A stretch of DNA of 47,119 nucleotides, taken from Asaia bogorensis. GTDB taxonomy: Bacteria > Pseudomonadota > Alphaproteobacteria > Acetobacterales > Acetobacteraceae. The DNA is taken from NCBI GenBank assembly GCA_945873675.1, contig CAMCEP010000001.1:1-47119 (forward strand), written 5' to 3'. Both the position numbers and the translations under genes were made by a program. The notes beneath the pieces were generated by a model that worked only from the letters and a program-made list of their open reading frames with translations, had not been told where the DNA came from and ran no database searches. Positions 44,945-47,119 of this stretch are shown here, piece after piece (the stretch's first letter is position 1; each line of letters opens with the position of its first letter).

Positions 44945-45376
44945 ATGTCCACCCTTGTTCTTGAGTTACGCCAAGGCGACATGATGATCGTCAATGGTGC
45001 ACCCATCCGCTTCCGTAACCGTGCCCGTATTGAACTTACCGCGCGCGCGCGCTTTCTGTTCGGCAAGCAGTTGATGACCCCCGATATGGCCAATACGCCG
45101 GCCCGGCGAATCTATTTTGCCCTACAAACTTCCTATATCGGCGACCATGAGGAAAGAAAGGCCGGTCTTGACTTGGCCCGTGGCCTCATCACAGACTTTG
45201 GGGAGGCGACTACGTCTGAGATGGTGCGCGAACTTCTTGCGCGCGCGCTTAAGGCGGCCGAGTCCGATCAATGCTACCAGGCCCTGAAGCTCGCACGCCG
45301 TGTGATGCGCCATGAGGAGGTGGTACTGGGACTGAGCCCCGTTGCCTCTGTCTCCCTGCCGGAGGATGTCGCATGA
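44945..45376 (+). CDS. flbT: flagellin post-transcriptional regulator FlbT
   Basis: LELRQGD.MIVNGA, TPARRIYF..Q, YQALK.AR; GGGAG RBS. Confidence 0.9.
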   Translation: MSTLVLELRQGDMMIVNGAPIRFRNRARIELTARARFLFGKQLMTPDMANTPARRIYFALQTSYIGDHEERKAGLDLARGLITDFGEATTSEMVRELLARALKAAESDQCYQALKLARRVMRHEEVVLGLSPVASVSLPEDVA

Positions 45377-45708
45377 ATATGATGCATGCCCGCCGCGCGT
45401 ATCAGATGACGCGCCAGGCGATGGACCCACGCGAACAGGAAGCAGATGTCTTCCGCCGAGTTACAGGCGCATTGAAGGCCGCATTGGAACAGGAAGGCAT
45501 CGCGCGCGCGCGCGCGGTCGCTGATAATCGGCGCCTATGGATTGCCCTGGATGCGTCGCTCCGTCACCCCGCAAACCAATTGCCGCAGCAGACCAAGCTG
45601 ACCATGTTGCAGGTCGGGCGCACGGTCTTGCGGGAGATGGAGAATACCACACCTGATCTCCCCTTTCTGATCGAGATCAATGAACAAATGGCGTCAGGGC
45701 TGCGATAG
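45373..45708 (+). CDS. flaF: flagellar biosynthesis regulator FlaF
   Basis: PREQEA, NRRLW, NQLP, LIEIN..M..GL. Confidence 0.9.
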   Translation: MNMMHARRAYQMTRQAMDPREQEADVFRRVTGALKAALEQEGIARARAVADNRRLWIALDASLRHPANQLPQQTKLTMLQVGRTVLREMENTTPDLPFLIEINEQMASGLR

Positions 45709-45785
45709 GGTTCCAACCGCCAGAAGCATGTAGCGTCTGGCGCCACAGTTTCACGCTACTGGCCCGGCATGGTATCGGGTTTTGC

Positions 45786-46823
45786 ATGAAGCCTGATGCC
45801 ATCATCCTGGGAATTGAGAGCAGCTGCGATGAAACCGCCGCGGCTGTACTGCGCGCGGATGGCACCATTCTGGCCGAGGCCGTCTTTAGCCAGTTGAAGG
45901 AACACGCAGCCTTTGGCGGCGTGGTACCTGAAATTGCCGCGCGGGCGCATTTGCAGCATTTGCCTGGGCTTGTGGCGAGCGTCATGGCCAAGGCCGGCAT
46001 CGGCTATGCGGCGCTTGATGCGGTCGCGGCAACAACGGGTCCGGGGCTGATCGGTGGATTGATCGTGGGCGCTTCCTTCGCCAAGGGCTTGGCACTGGCC
46101 CATCGCCTGCCTTTCATCGCCATCAATCACCTGGAAGCCCATGCACTGACAGTGCGCCTGCCAGGCCTGATGCCGGGCGGGGTGCCGGCATTCCCCTATC
46201 TTCTGCTGTTGCTTTCCGGCGGGCATTGCCAATGCGTGCTGGTGGAGGGGCTTGGCCGCTACCGCCGCCTGGGCAGCACGCTTGATGACGCGGTGGGGGA
46301 AGCTTTTGACAAAGCCGCGAAGCTTTTGGGTCTGCCGTGGCCGGGCGGGCCGCATCTGGAACGCCTGGCCGGCAGTGGCGATCCCACTGCGGTGAACCTG
46401 CCGCGGCCGCTTTTGGGCCGCGCGGGGTGTGATTTTTCCTTCTCCGGCCTCAAAACCGCTGTGGCGCGCGCGGTCGCCCAGGGGCAGGCGCGGCCTGAAG
46501 ATATTGCAGCAAGCTTTCAGGCCGCCGTTGCCGCAGTGCTGGCGGATCGTGCCGCCCATGCGCTTGATATGGCGCCAGGGGTGACAGCGCTGGTGGTGGC
46601 CGGCGGGGTTGCGGCGAATGGCGCGGTGCGGCGCGCGCTGGATGGAATTGCCTCAGCCCGCGGTCTTCCAATGCTGGCGCCGCCGCTCAGGCTTTGTACC
46701 GACAATGCCGTGATGGTGGCCTGGGCGGGGATTGAGCGACTCCGTTGCGGCGCGACGGACCCGCTTTCCCACAATCCGCGCCCACGTTGGCCGCTGACCG
46801 AACTTTCCCCGCTGGCCGGCTGA
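45786..46823 (+). CDS. tsaD: tRNA N6-threonylcarbamoyltransferase TsaD
   Basis: [55 protein letters not shown]. Confidence 0.97.
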   Translation: MKPDAIILGIESSCDETAAAVLRADGTILAEAVFSQLKEHAAFGGVVPEIAARAHLQHLPGLVASVMAKAGIGYAALDAVAATTGPGLIGGLIVGASFAKGLALAHRLPFIAINHLEAHALTVRLPGLMPGGVPAFPYLLLLLSGGHCQCVLVEGLGRYRRLGSTLDDAVGEAFDKAAKLLGLPWPGGPHLERLAGSGDPTAVNLPRPLLGRAGCDFSFSGLKTAVARAVAQGQARPEDIAASFQAAVAAVLADRAAHALDMAPGVTALVVAGGVAANGAVRRALDGIASARGLPMLAPPLRLCTDNAVMVAWAGIERLRCGATDPLSHNPRPRWPLTELSPLAG

Positions 46824-46831
46824 GCCGGGCT

Positions 46832-47119
<288 letters not shown>

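Overview
GC-rich alphaproteobacterial chromosome segment. Gene content and order suggest Rhodospirillales/Acetobacteraceae (inference). The left ~9.5 kb holds a ggt 3' end, a TPR/SPINDLY-type GT41 glycosyltransferase, tRNA-Leu(UAA), an aldo/keto reductase, a TRAP transporter, tsaB-rimI, tusA, mucR and olsB. A ~36 kb flagellar cluster follows (9.6-45.7 kb): flgFGAH, fliLM-orf-motE-cheY-cheZ-large TPR protein, an embedded speD-speE pair, fliOP, flgBC-fliE-fliQR-flhB-cckA-like kinase, fliFGHN-flbD-flhA-flhF-flhG, fliK-flgD, flgEKL, and flagellin-flbT-flaF. tsaD and the eno 3' end close the window. Four sigma54 promoters and several FlbD ftr-like enhancers can be read directly from the DNA. The most unusual observation is a ~52-aa CBM5/12-like or phage-tail-like module inserted in the hook protein FlgE. 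Other candidates: an integrase attachment-arm remnant behind the tRNA, a double-hairpin repeat element, a structured speD leader, a probably leaderless flgB mRNA, and a perfect 20-bp palindrome upstream of fliF. All calls come from motif recognition by eye; no database searches were run.
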